DNA from: Candidatus Dojkabacteria bacterium
Lineage (GTDB): Bacteria; Patescibacteriota; Dojkabacteria; B142; JAFGFJ01
Direction: 5' to 3'
DNA length: 64,000 nucleotides
Assembly (NCBI GenBank): GCA_016931155.1
Contig: JAFGFJ010000002.1
Span: forward strand, 385-64,384
Shown here: positions 1 to 9,273 of the stretch, piece after piece
Position numbering within the stretch: the first letter of the stretch is position 1
How the letters are laid out: every line of letters begins with the position of its first letter
Notes under the pieces: generated by a model
Told to the model about the DNA's origin: nothing
The model's database searches: none
Seen by the model: the letters and a program-made list of their open reading frames with translations, nothing else
Position numbers and translations under genes: made by a program

Positions 1-1224
1 ATAAATGAGGTATTCCCAGCGCCTGATGATTCTTTAAATGAAATAGAGTGGATTGAAATTTATAACTTTTCTGATAGTCAAATTGATCTAACTAATTGGA
101 CTTTAATGGATGAGTCAGAAATTGTACAAAGGTTAGAAAACATTAATGTAGAGGCAGGGGATTTTTTCATAATTGACCAGAATAATCTTAGTATTTCTTT
201 AAATAATGGTGGGGATATTATAACTTTAAAAAATCCAAATCAGGAAATCGTCAGTGAATTTGAATATATCCAAACTCCCATAGGTCTCTCAAATATTTTT
301 TATGAAGATATAATCCTTCAGACAAAAGCACCAACACCTAATAATGAAAATATTTACATAAGTCCAAGCGATTGCTTTTATGGTCTTGATGAGATTGATA
401 TTAGAAATTTTAAATCATTAAAGCCTGAATCAGATTATATAATCACAGGAATTGTTGCTGCGGGAATCGATCAAATATATCCACAGAGATTTTATATACA
501 AGATGAGAATAACGGTTTGTTAGTTAAACTTCCTGAAGAATTTCAGCCTGAAGAATTTGGATTGGAAGTTGGAGCAAAGTTGAAAATCTGCGGAAATTAT
601 GGTTCATATTATGGTGAGTCTCAAATCACGCTTACTTCTGAAAACTGTTTACAAAATGTAGGCCAAGGCGATGTCAATATTAAAAATTTAGATAATTTAT
701 CACAGGTTGGAATTTACACAGGACAATTAATCAAAGTAAAGGGGCAAATAATTAGTAATTCTGGAAAAACATTTACTATCTCTGATACAAAGGGAACCTT
801 GAAAATCAATTTACCTTCTTCAATTAATTCCATTGAGAAAACAAAAGGTGATATTGCAATCGTCACTGGTATACTTACACAATACGGGACAGATGCGGAG
901 GGAGCACCAAATTTGCGCCTTATCCCAAGGGGTTTGCAAGATATCAATATAATTCAGCAAATAATTAAAACAAGTTCAGACAGTACAAATACTATTACAA
1001 AAAGTTTATTAACAGAAAATTCCCTAATGACTCCGATTCCTTTAGATATAGATATTTCTCTAAATCATCCCCAAAAAACTAATTTTACTGGGAATCGAGA
1101 GTTAATTAAACAGGGGATTCGGACAAAGCAAAGAAGCAACAAAATGATACTAAGTATTCAAGCTGGAGGATTTTTAACCAGTATTTCAAGCATTATTAGC
1201 CTGCTTAAAAAGAAGGGAGTATAA
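1..1224 (+). CDS. Lamin-tail-domain / OB-fold cell-surface protein, 5'-partial
   Basis: Frame open from base 1: INEVFPAP...EWIEIYN...IDLTNWTL is a lamin tail domain motif. FYIQDENNG and ISDTKG...GILTQY...PR resemble OB folds of extracellular nucleases. C-terminal hydrophobic anchor followed by KKK. Confidence 0.7.
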   Translation: MNEVFPAPDDSLNEIEWIEIYNFSDSQIDLTNWTLMDESEIVQRLENINVEAGDFFIIDQNNLSISLNNGGDIITLKNPNQEIVSEFEYIQTPIGLSNIFYEDIILQTKAPTPNNENIYISPSDCFYGLDEIDIRNFKSLKPESDYIITGIVAAGIDQIYPQRFYIQDENNGLLVKLPEEFQPEEFGLEVGAKLKICGNYGSYYGESQITLTSENCLQNVGQGDVNIKNLDNLSQVGIYTGQLIKVKGQIISNSGKTFTISDTKGTLKINLPSSINSIEKTKGDIAIVTGILTQYGTDAEGAPNLRLIPRGLQDINIIQQIIKTSSDSTNTITKSLLTENSLMTPIPLDIDISLNHPQKTNFTGNRELIKQGIRTKQRSNKMILSIQAGGFLTSISSIISLLKKKGV

Positions 1225-2098
1225 TTTCAGGAATTTCTTCAACTTGCATACAATCACTAATTGAAATATTACCTGACTTTGTTCTTTCAAGTTCAAGAAG
1301 CATCGCAGGCAGTTTCAACTTTTCACCAAGATCCTCAGCAAATTGTCTGATATAAGTTCCTTTACTGCAGCCAATAACTAATTCGATTGAGACAAACTTG
1401 TCGAATTTATTCCCGGATTTTTTCAATTTATTTTGAATTTTTATGGAAAAATCCACAGGAAGATCATCCGCAATTATAGTCTTTATTTCAAGCAGTTCAA
1501 GCTTCTTAATTTCAATATGGCGTTTTGGTAATTTTAGGTTAAACTTCTCATCCCCTTCTAAATTATAAAATTTAACAATTCCATCTTTATCAACTTTATG
1601 AGAAGCATATTTCCGGGCTAAAACCCTAAATTTTTTCCCGTCAACTTTAACAGAACTGAAAACAGGAACACGTTGATCATACCCATTTCCAAATTCTTTT
1701 AAAGCCTTATTAACTAAGTCATTCATGACTGTCTCCTTCATGTTTTCCTTGAGAAAGTCTGCATTTTTGATTTCCAATATACTTCCCTCAATGTCCTGAG
1801 TAGTTGAAGATATTCCAAGTAAAATACGGCATCTATACTCTTTATCAGATTCTAAAAAGTCATTACTTAATTTTGTATATCCCCCTACCAGGATAATCAA
1901 TACTCCAGTAGCAAAAGGATCCAAAGCCCCAGCATGTCCCACTTTTCTAGTATGCAGCTTTTTCCTAACAATGTTAACAACATCATGCGAGGTCATCCAT
2001 TTTTCTTTATTAATAGCAAGCACCGCAGAAGTTCGATGGAATTCATCTTCTTCAATTTTGTTAATTTCTATTGAAATTTCTTTAAATTTGTTATTCAT
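1205..2098 (-). CDS. truB: tRNA pseudouridine(55) synthase
   Basis: KVGHAGALDPFATGVL and CSKGTYIRQ motifs. Start placed at the ATG overlapping the nth stop. Confidence 0.95.
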   Translation of the reverse strand: MNNKFKEISIEINKIEEDEFHRTSAVLAINKEKWMTSHDVVNIVRKKLHTRKVGHAGALDPFATGVLIILVGGYTKLSNDFLESDKEYRCRILLGISSTTQDIEGSILEIKNADFLKENMKETVMNDLVNKALKEFGNGYDQRVPVFSSVKVDGKKFRVLARKYASHKVDKDGIVKFYNLEGDEKFNLKLPKRHIEIKKLELLEIKTIIADDLPVDFSIKIQNKLKKSGNKFDKFVSIELVIGCSKGTYIRQFAEDLGEKLKLPAMLLELERTKSGNISISDCMQVEEIPEIILPSF

Positions 2099-2751
2099 AA
2101 TTTTACTCCTGGGCAAATATCTTTTAATTCGCAGTTATCACAAAGCCTTTTCCTTGCTTTACAAGTATCACGTCCATGTTCAATAACTCTTAAAGTAAAA
2201 CCTCTCCATTCTTTTTTAGGCACAATTTCCTTTAAGTCCTGTTCAATAACATCTGAAGAAGAAGCATTTGTCAGCTCCCATATTTTAGTAATTCTTTTAA
2301 CATGCGTATCAACCGGGATCCCTGAGCTTTTTTTAAACCACTCATTCAAAACTACATTTGCAGTTTTACGTCCAACTCCAGGAAGAGATATCAAGTCATC
2401 AAGACTATCCGGAACCTTCTTATTAAAACGGCTGCTAAGCTCTTTTCCTAAATTCTTCAAATTTTTAGCCTTATTTCTAAAAAAACCAGTCGAGTGAACT
2501 AAATCCTCTAAATCATTAAGATCAGCAGCTGCATAATCAGTAGCCGATCTATATTTCCTAAAAAGCTTTGGGGTAACAGTATTCACACGTTTATCAGTAC
2601 ATTGTGCAGCTAAAATAGTAGCAACAAGCAATTCAAGCGCACTATTATAATTAAGACCAGATTTAATTTTCGGATATTTCTTTTTTAGTCTTTTAATAAT
2701 TTCTTTTACAAATTTTGATTTTTGGGGAATATTATCTGGCGAATTAGCCAC
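2095..2751 (-). CDS. nth: Endonuclease III
   Basis: LVATILAAQCTD, HhH LPGVGRKTA, VDTHVKR and C-terminal 4Fe-4S cysteine cluster. Confidence 0.95.
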   Translation of the reverse strand: MANSPDNIPQKSKFVKEIIKRLKKKYPKIKSGLNYNSALELLVATILAAQCTDKRVNTVTPKLFRKYRSATDYAAADLNDLEDLVHSTGFFRNKAKNLKNLGKELSSRFNKKVPDSLDDLISLPGVGRKTANVVLNEWFKKSSGIPVDTHVKRITKIWELTNASSSDVIEQDLKEIVPKKEWRGFTLRVIEHGRDTCKARKRLCDNCELKDICPGVKL

Positions 2752-2797
2752 AATATACGTATAATTAATTAATATTTATTTACAAATAAGAAACTGA

Positions 2798-4264
2798 ATG
2801 TTTTCTCTAAAAATACTTAAAAATCATGACTATATTATCACAATCTGTGTTATCCTGCTTACAATCCTCAGCCTGGTTCTGATTTATTCAACAACTTTAA
2901 ATGCTGTAACTCTAGAAGGCGGAGCCGGAACCTTTAAAAAGCAAATTCTCTTTTTTATCGCCGGCTATTTTATATATTTCATTTTATCAACTTTTGACAT
3001 CTCCTGGCTGCAAAATTTTAGAGTCCTGCTTCTATTATATATAATCACGATTTTCTTTTTAATTTATGTGAAATTTTTCACTCCTGAAGTTGCTAATACA
3101 AATAGATGGATTAATATCCTGGGATTTGGTTTCCAGCCTGCTGAATACGCAAAAATCACATTGACAATAATTACTGCAGTGATTTTTAGCTCAAGTAAAG
3201 AAGAATATGAAAAAATAATTGACATAGGTGTCAGGAAAAAGAAAAAAATTAGAAAAAAAGGCCTAAAAGTATCTATTTTACAGTTTATCTTTAAGCTGCA
3301 TTACAAAATTGACGAAAAATTTCCAAATTTCTATAAATATGCATTATCATTCATGCTATTGCTCCCAATATTTATCTTGGTTTTCATGCAGCCATCGTTT
3401 GGGAATAGTATAATTATTCTATTTATCTGGGCTGCAATAATATTTACAACAAGCAGTTCACAATTAGCAATAATAAATTTATTAATACCATTTTTCTTAA
3501 TACCTCTTTTTCAATGGAAAATTGTCTCATTCGGCGGAATTTTCAGTGGAATAGATACAGAAATAAATATCCTAGATATAAGTTTGATTGCTTTAATTAT
3601 AATCATAATAGCTGCTATTGCTTTAGCTTTAAAATCAAAAATAAAATGGTATTTAATTATATTTTCAATTTTATTAGCTTTTACAATTAAACCGACGATA
3701 ACTGCAATATGGGAAAGCAATCTGCTTAACGGATATCAGAAAGAGCGTATTGAAACATTTTTTAATGACCCTGAGGAAGATCCTTTAGATAGCGGTTATC
3801 AAGTCCGTCAATCAAAAATTGCTATTGGAGCAGGCAGACTTCTTGGGCGTGGATACTTGCAGGGGACTCAAAGTACTCTGAAGGTCCTCCCATACGCACA
3901 TACCGACTTCATTTTTGCTTCGCTTGCTGAACAATTTGGTCTTATAGGTTCGACAATTTTGATTCTTATATACCTTACTCTTTTAGTACGAATTCAATCT
4001 GCTGCTATGCAGACTAAAGATGAATTTGCATTTTTGCTATATACTGGTTTTTGCATGATTCTTCTGCTAAATATTTTTATTAATATAGGTATGAATCTTG
4101 GGAAACTTCCCGTTACTGGAGTTCCTCTACCATTAGTCAGTTATGGAGGGAGTTCTGTTATTGTGAACATGACTGCTCTTGGACTGATACAGGCAGCCAG
4201 AAAAAGAATCTCGCTTAAGGATATTTCTGAATCTTTTACACCAAATTCTCATCCCTGGCAGTAA
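2798..4264 (+). CDS. rodA: SEDS-family peptidoglycan glycosyltransferase (RodA/FtsW)
   Basis: RWI..FQPAE, GYQVRQSKIAIGAG, HTDFIFA and PVTGVPLPLVSYGGSS motifs. Confidence 0.88.
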   Translation: MFSLKILKNHDYIITICVILLTILSLVLIYSTTLNAVTLEGGAGTFKKQILFFIAGYFIYFILSTFDISWLQNFRVLLLLYIITIFFLIYVKFFTPEVANTNRWINILGFGFQPAEYAKITLTIITAVIFSSSKEEYEKIIDIGVRKKKKIRKKGLKVSILQFIFKLHYKIDEKFPNFYKYALSFMLLLPIFILVFMQPSFGNSIIILFIWAAIIFTTSSSQLAIINLLIPFFLIPLFQWKIVSFGGIFSGIDTEINILDISLIALIIIIIAAIALALKSKIKWYLIIFSILLAFTIKPTITAIWESNLLNGYQKERIETFFNDPEEDPLDSGYQVRQSKIAIGAGRLLGRGYLQGTQSTLKVLPYAHTDFIFASLAEQFGLIGSTILILIYLTLLVRIQSAAMQTKDEFAFLLYTGFCMILLLNIFINIGMNLGKLPVTGVPLPLVSYGGSSVIVNMTALGLIQAARKRISLKDISESFTPNSHPWQ

Positions 4265-4306
4265 GCGGAGTTCAGCAGAGGAACACAAATTGTGATATAA
4301 TCTACA

Positions 4307-4335
4307 TTGACATTTACCTAGTTGAATGTTACTAT
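4307..4335 (+). promoter_or_regulatory. Sigma70-type promoter of rplU-rpmA-pth
   Basis: TTGACA-17 nt-TACTAT upstream of rplU. Confidence 0.7.
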
Positions 4336-4364
4336 TTCAGACATTTATTAGTGAATTTATTTAT

Positions 4365-4679
4365 ATGAAAAAAGATTTTGCTATAGTTAAAATTGGATCG
4401 ACTCAAGAGATTGTCTGTAAAGACGATGAAATTGTAGTAAATATTATAAAAGGTAAAGAAAAAGATAAGATTGAGTTTGATCAAGTTCTATTAAGCAGTA
4501 TAGCTGGTAAAATTGTAGTTGGTACACCATATATAAAAGAGGCAAAAATCAAGGCTGAAATTCTCGGTCATGAATTAGCTGAGAAGGTGCAAAAACGTAC
4601 ATATAAGGCAAAAGCAAGAATTAGAAGGAACGTAGGTCATCGACAACCTAAAACCAGAATAAAAATTTTAAGCATATAA
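4365..4679 (+). CDS. rplU: 50S ribosomal protein L21
   Basis: FAIVKIG, VGTPYI and GHRQPKT motifs. Lies directly upstream of rpmA. Confidence 0.95.
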   Translation: MKKDFAIVKIGSTQEIVCKDDEIVVNIIKGKEKDKIEFDQVLLSSIAGKIVVGTPYIKEAKIKAEILGHELAEKVQKRTYKAKARIRRNVGHRQPKTRIKILSI

Positions 4680-4711
4680 AAAGGATACTGATAGATTTTA
4701 TATAGACAAAT

Positions 4712-5002
4712 ATGGCACATACAAAACAACAAGGGGCAGCAAGCAGAACAGTAAATGTTGAAGGTAAACGTCTCGGGGTAAAAAGGTTTGGAGGTCAATT
4801 TGTTCATAATGGAACTATTATTGTCCGACAAAAAGGAACAAAATTCCATCCAGGAAAAAATACCGATATAGGGCGGGATTTCACAATTTTTGCGACACAA
4901 GACGGTTATGTTTCTTTTAGAAATATGACAGGCTACAAAAGAGACAAGAAATATGTTGATGTCCTAGCAGAAGCTGCTAAGGCCAAATCAAAAAAGAAAT
5001 AA
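4712..5002 (+). CDS. rpmA: 50S ribosomal protein L27
   Basis: [11 protein letters not shown]...[13 protein letters not shown]...GRDFTIFA. Confidence 0.97.
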   Translation: MAHTKQQGAASRTVNVEGKRLGVKRFGGQFVHNGTIIVRQKGTKFHPGKNTDIGRDFTIFATQDGYVSFRNMTGYKRDKKYVDVLAEAAKAKSKKK

Positions 5003-5003
5003 T

Positions 5004-5549
5004 ATGCAGACAAATTTCAAAATTATCTTCGGTCTTGGCAATCCAGGTACAAATTATTCCAATACTAGGCACAATGCAGGTTTCTTTTTTATTGATAAGC
5101 TGAAAGACTATCTAGCGGACAGCTATTCTGTTACAGAAGAGAATAAAAAGGAATACAGCGCAGTTACGATCCCAAATCTTGATTTAGTTTTAGTAAAGCC
5201 TCTACTATTCATGAATAATTCAGGGATTGTTATCAGAGATTTTCTGAAATATCATAATTACAACCCGAAAAAAGTTTTAATTGCTTTTGACGATTTAGAT
5301 ATAGAACTTGGGGAATATAAAATACAGCAAGATAAGTATCCCAAAGATCACAACGGAATAAATTCAATTTTAGAACAAACAGGGGAGTCTGGCCGTGAAT
5401 TCTTCTTTCTCCGTATCGGAATAAATAACAGAGGCGATGAGCAAGAAAAAAAAATCTCAGGAATTGATTATGTACTGCAGAAATTTTCGAAGCAGGAAAG
5501 ACAGAAGCTCGAAGAGGGATTTGAGGGAATTCTTCAAAACTATTTCTAA
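5004..5549 (+). CDS. pth: Peptidyl-tRNA hydrolase
   Basis: GLGNPG..Y..TRHNAGF, KP..FMNNSG, DDLD, HNG and LRIGI motifs. Confidence 0.95.
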   Translation: MQTNFKIIFGLGNPGTNYSNTRHNAGFFFIDKLKDYLADSYSVTEENKKEYSAVTIPNLDLVLVKPLLFMNNSGIVIRDFLKYHNYNPKKVLIAFDDLDIELGEYKIQQDKYPKDHNGINSILEQTGESGREFFFLRIGINNRGDEQEKKISGIDYVLQKFSKQERQKLEEGFEGILQNYF

Positions 5550-5637
5550 TAAAAAGTCTATATGTTTCAGCTTGACATGATTTCAATTTAATGTTGAAAT
5601 GACCATGAAATACTGTTTAATATTCACGTAAGAGTTC

Positions 5638-8600
5638 ATGAAAAAGAAAATCTGTCTATTCCTAATAGCGACTGCAATCATATCTATCCCATTACTAGCC
5701 CACAAGCTTTGGTTGGATTCAAATGCTATAACTCAAAAGAAATGGGCCACTGATGGCACCTTAATACAAAGCCTGGCAAGTGCAATAGAAGAACTCAAAG
5801 CAATTAACGATGGGTCAAATAACGCAATAATTGCATGGTCAGATGATTCCAGTGGAGACCTAGATATTTATATACAAAAAGTCGATGAAGATGCAAATAA
5901 GCTATGGGGTGCAAATGGTACTCACTTAGCATCATCTTCAAATGACGAGCATATATTGGAAATGTTAGGTGACGATTCTGGTGGAGCTTATGTTCTTTGG
6001 TATGAGCATATTGGAGCTGATCGCGATATTTATATACAAAGAGTTGATTCAAATGGGAATGAGCTTTGGGCTTCGGGTGGTATTGAAGTCTACTCAGATG
6101 CGACATATCAAGGTGCTGGAAAAATGATATTAACCGAAGATAATAATGTAATTGTCGCTTGGGTTGATTATAGAAATTCTGGAACTACAGGGTATGATAT
6201 ATATGCTCAAAAATTTAATACTTCTGGAACCATGCAATGGGGTGCCGGCTCACAAGTCGTATGTAACGCTTCAGATTCCCAGTTAGATCTTAGAATTACT
6301 AATGACGGTCAAAATGGAGCTGTCATTTCCTGGACAGACCAAAGAAATGGAAATAATGATATTTATATTCAGAGATTAAACAGTTCCGGAGCAGCTCAGT
6401 GGGTAGCAAATGGGTTACAATATACTAGCACTTCTGATTCCCAGGCTAATTCTTCATTAGTATATGCTGGTTCAAATAGTGTTATTTTAGCTTGGAGTGA
6501 TGGTGACGTAGGCACAGATAGACAAGTTAAGGTAGCAAAAATAGATTCAAGTGGTGCAGAAGTATGGCAGACAGATGCGACTTCTACATCTACAAGGGAT
6601 GAAGCACCAACTTATGCAATATCTGACACGCAGAATGGAGTATATGTTTGTTTCACTTCCGAAATTGATATGGGAGCATATTACCTATCAGACCTTTTCT
6701 GCCAGAGAATAACATCTTCCGGCTCCCTGGCATGGAATGCCGCCGGAGTATTAATGAATACCCTTCCTTCAGGAGAGGAGACTTCTGCCTACGATCCGGT
6801 CTTTGGAGTTAGTGACAATGGTGTATTTTACAGCTCATGGGGTGATTACCGGAATGATATCGGGATATGGGTAAATACCGACATTATCGCTCAATCAATC
6901 AGCTTAACCGGGACTAAATTCTGGGGAGATAACGAAATAACTGTTATTGACGCTGAACTAGACCAAGTATCCAGTGCCATTGTACCCATAGACGACAGCA
7001 CTGCTCTGATATTTTGGAATGATTGTCCTACCGGCAGCATTTATGGGCAAAAAATTACAAATGAGTATCAAATTGAAAACTTGACGGCAGGATTAGATGC
7101 GGAAAATACAGGCGATAATAATATTGAAATTGGTTCTTCCTATGGTTTATACGGATCCAATACAGTAAATATTAAAGATGCAGGGACAACATTAAGAATT
7201 GGACAAACCACGGCTAATTTTACTAACGATTTGGACTGGAATATCGTTAATGGAGACACCTCGATTTCTGATAAAAAGTCTTTTATTAGCGGACTGACAG
7301 GATCAGAAGGTGTAACTGGTACTTACACTTTATATGTACCTAAGGGAGATTCTGATAATGCTGTAGTTATATGTCCAGGGGCAGATTCAATGGCTGACGT
7401 AACTACCTCCTGTGCAAATGCTACTACCAAAGAACAGGGTGATTCGGGCGTTTCCATCCAAACTATTTCAGGGACAACATACTGGGTATTAACCGGGCTC
7501 ACTGGGGATAATGGTGCAATAAGTATTATAACAGGTTCTGATTCGGAAATAGTTGATGCAACATCAGGTAATTATATAATCGATTTTGTAAATTTTATAG
7601 AAGATATCGATGAGGCTATTGAAGAGATTACCGAAGATATCGAAGAGGAGGTTGATCTACCAGAATCTGATACTTCCGTATCTCTTGAAGAGGGAGATCA
7701 AGATTCTGATCATGACGGTCTTTCAGATGAGAGAGAAGCGGAACTCGAAACAGATCCCGAAGATCCCGATACAGATGGTGATGGTCTTTTAGATGGCGAA
7801 GAAATTTTTGGCTGCTTTTTTGAGAATGGGACGACTATATGTGAGAAATATGCCGAATTTGATCCTACAGACCCTTTAAAATATGATACTGATAATGATG
7901 GGAAGAATGACTACGATGAAGCAAGACGAGAAGCAGATAGGAATGTTCTCTTTGGAAAAATTGGAAGCACAGCGCCTGCTTTATCACTTTTTGTTTTACT
8001 GATCCCTTTAGTTCTTTCCAATTTGGCAGCCCTTATGCAGGCATTTAGAGCTGGGATTTTAAGGGCTCTGCCTTATGTATTATGGAAAAAGGATATTCAT
8101 CCTTGGGGCGTTATTTTCAATGCACGCACTAAGGCTCCTATCTCTTTTGCTGTTATAAAAGTAATGCAGGGGAGTACACTTATTGACACTCTGGTTTGCA
8201 ATATTGATGGTCAATATGGAATCGCTCTTTCTGCTGGGGAATATTCTATCCAGATTGATCATTCACAATTTAATAAAATAGAGCATAAAATTTCTATTAA
8301 ACAAAATAAAACTGGCGTAGGTCTTGATATTGGGCTTAAGGAAAAGGAACACCCCGATATGCTTGCAAGGATTGCAGGATTTTTCAACAAATCAAATATT
8401 AAAGAATCTCTTAGACATTTAAATAATGCAATTTTTGTACTTGGTTTTATTCTCGCTGTGATTATCTGCGGTCTTTATCCGATTGTAATTAACTTTATTG
8501 TGGTTGGTATCTACATTATTGTAACTGTATACTATTTTTATAGGAATTATAAAAAGAACAAGTACTTTGGAGTAACAATTGACAATCAAAATTATACTAT

Positions 8601-8862
8601 TCCGAATACCTTTGTAAGGCTTATTGATAATCAGAATAATACTAGAGCTGTTCAAATAACGAATAAAAAGGGACTATTCAGTTATGTTACTTATTTGAAT
8701 AAATTCTCAAAAGTATATGCATATAAAGGAGCGGATGCTTCCAGTCCTTTTAATTCTCCAATCGAAAAAGATGCTGAGGATAATGAATATTTACAGAATT
8801 CTACGAGATTTACAACTCGCGAAATACAGGATGGGGAATTGATTATCCGGCTTGAGAAATAG
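5638..8862 (+). CDS. Large surface protein: beta-propeller-like repeats, TSP3-like Ca-binding repeats, TM segments, carboxypeptidase-regulatory-like domains
   Basis: N-terminal signal/TM. Repeated W.D.R...DIY.Q....G...W units. DSDHDGLSD, DTDGDGLLDGEE and DTDNDGKND motifs. C-terminal TM helices. Confidence 0.7.
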   Translation: MKKKICLFLIATAIISIPLLAHKLWLDSNAITQKKWATDGTLIQSLASAIEELKAINDGSNNAIIAWSDDSSGDLDIYIQKVDEDANKLWGANGTHLASSSNDEHILEMLGDDSGGAYVLWYEHIGADRDIYIQRVDSNGNELWASGGIEVYSDATYQGAGKMILTEDNNVIVAWVDYRNSGTTGYDIYAQKFNTSGTMQWGAGSQVVCNASDSQLDLRITNDGQNGAVISWTDQRNGNNDIYIQRLNSSGAAQWVANGLQYTSTSDSQANSSLVYAGSNSVILAWSDGDVGTDRQVKVAKIDSSGAEVWQTDATSTSTRDEAPTYAISDTQNGVYVCFTSEIDMGAYYLSDLFCQRITSSGSLAWNAAGVLMNTLPSGEETSAYDPVFGVSDNGVFYSSWGDYRNDIGIWVNTDIIAQSISLTGTKFWGDNEITVIDAELDQVSSAIVPIDDSTALIFWNDCPTGSIYGQKITNEYQIENLTAGLDAENTGDNNIEIGSSYGLYGSNTVNIKDAGTTLRIGQTTANFTNDLDWNIVNGDTSISDKKSFISGLTGSEGVTGTYTLYVPKGDSDNAVVICPGADSMADVTTSCANATTKEQGDSGVSIQTISGTTYWVLTGLTGDNGAISIITGSDSEIVDATSGNYIIDFVNFIEDIDEAIEEITEDIEEEVDLPESDTSVSLEEGDQDSDHDGLSDEREAELETDPEDPDTDGDGLLDGEEIFGCFFENGTTICEKYAEFDPTDPLKYDTDNDGKNDYDEARREADRNVLFGKIGSTAPALSLFVLLIPLVLSNLAALMQAFRAGILRALPYVLWKKDIHPWGVIFNARTKAPISFAVIKVMQGSTLIDTLVCNIDGQYGIALSAGEYSIQIDHSQFNKIEHKISIKQNKTGVGLDIGLKEKEHPDMLARIAGFFNKSNIKESLRHLNNAIFVLGFILAVIICGLYPIVINFIVVGIYIIVTVYYFYRNYKKNKYFGVTIDNQNYTIPNTFVRLIDNQNNTRAVQITNKKGLFSYVTYLNKFSKVYAYKGADASSPFNSPIEKDAEDNEYLQNSTRFTTREIQDGELIIRLEK

Positions 8863-8881
8863 TCTGTTTATATTGTATAAT
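8852..8881 (+). promoter_or_regulatory. Sigma70-type promoter for the Asn leader/tRNA-Asn transcript
   Basis: TTGAGA (8852-8857)-18 nt-TATAAT (8876-8881). The leader ATG follows after 6 nt, consistent with a leaderless transcript. Confidence 0.65.
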
Positions 8882-8887
8882 TACTAC

Positions 8888-8941
8888 ATGGAAATGATAA
8901 TAGGAATTTTAAATAATAACAATAATAATAACTCGCAATAG
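8888..8941 (+). CDS. Asn-rich leader peptide MEMIIGILNNNNNNNSQ
   Basis: ATG GAA ATG ATA ATA GGA ATT TTA AAT AAT AAC AAT AAT AAT AAC TCG CAA TAG: seven consecutive Asn codons just before the attenuator hairpins. Confidence 0.8.
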   Translation: MEMIIGILNNNNNNNSQ

Positions 8942-9004
8942 CGGGGTATTTGTTATTTTTTGAATTCTAAATATAACAAACCCCGAGATATCGGGGATTT
9001 TTTT
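8912..9004 (+). terminator. Attenuator with alternative antiterminator and intrinsic terminator
   Basis: Terminator CCCCGA-GATA-TCGGGG (8981-8996) followed by A and T7. CGGGGTATTTGTTAT (8942-8956) can pair with ATAACAAACCCCG (8973-8985) or with the Asn-codon segment. Confidence 0.8.
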
Positions 9005-9041
9005 GCTCTTTAAAATTATTAGTAGCATTTGTTTAGTGAGT

Positions 9042-9069
9042 TGGTCGATAGCGCAATTGGTAGAGTCCC
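9042..9069 (+). pseudogene. 5' fragment of a tRNA gene (acceptor strand plus D-arm)
   Basis: TGGTCGA-TA-GCGCAATTGGTAGAG matches the tRNA position 1-25 pattern. No anticodon arm or T-arm follows. Confidence 0.5.
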
Positions 9070-9075
9070 GATTGA

Positions 9076-9148
9076 TGGATGGTAGCACAACTGGTAGTGC
9101 AGACCGCTGTTAACGGTCAGGTTGTAAGTTCGAATCTTACCCATCCAG
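9076..9148 (+). tRNA. tRNA-Asn(GTT), CCA not encoded
   Basis: Acceptor TGGATGG/CCATCCA, D-stem GCAC/GTGC, anticodon arm GACCG-CTGTTAA-CGGTC, T-arm GTAAG-TTCGAAT-CTTAC, discriminator G. Confidence 0.95.
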
Positions 9149-9273
9149 CTTTGATTTGCTTATTCCGCAATGCATATTGACGACCGTTGTCTTTTCTTCA
9201 TACAAATTTTCTGACTTTAACGATTTTTGATCTACAGATCCGATTTTTACACCAACTTCTAAAATTATGATTA

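Noticed and set aside
8890-9040. T-box riboswitch upstream of tRNA-Asn
   Set aside because: No AGGGTGGNACCGCG T-box motif or stem I. The leader-peptide model fits better.
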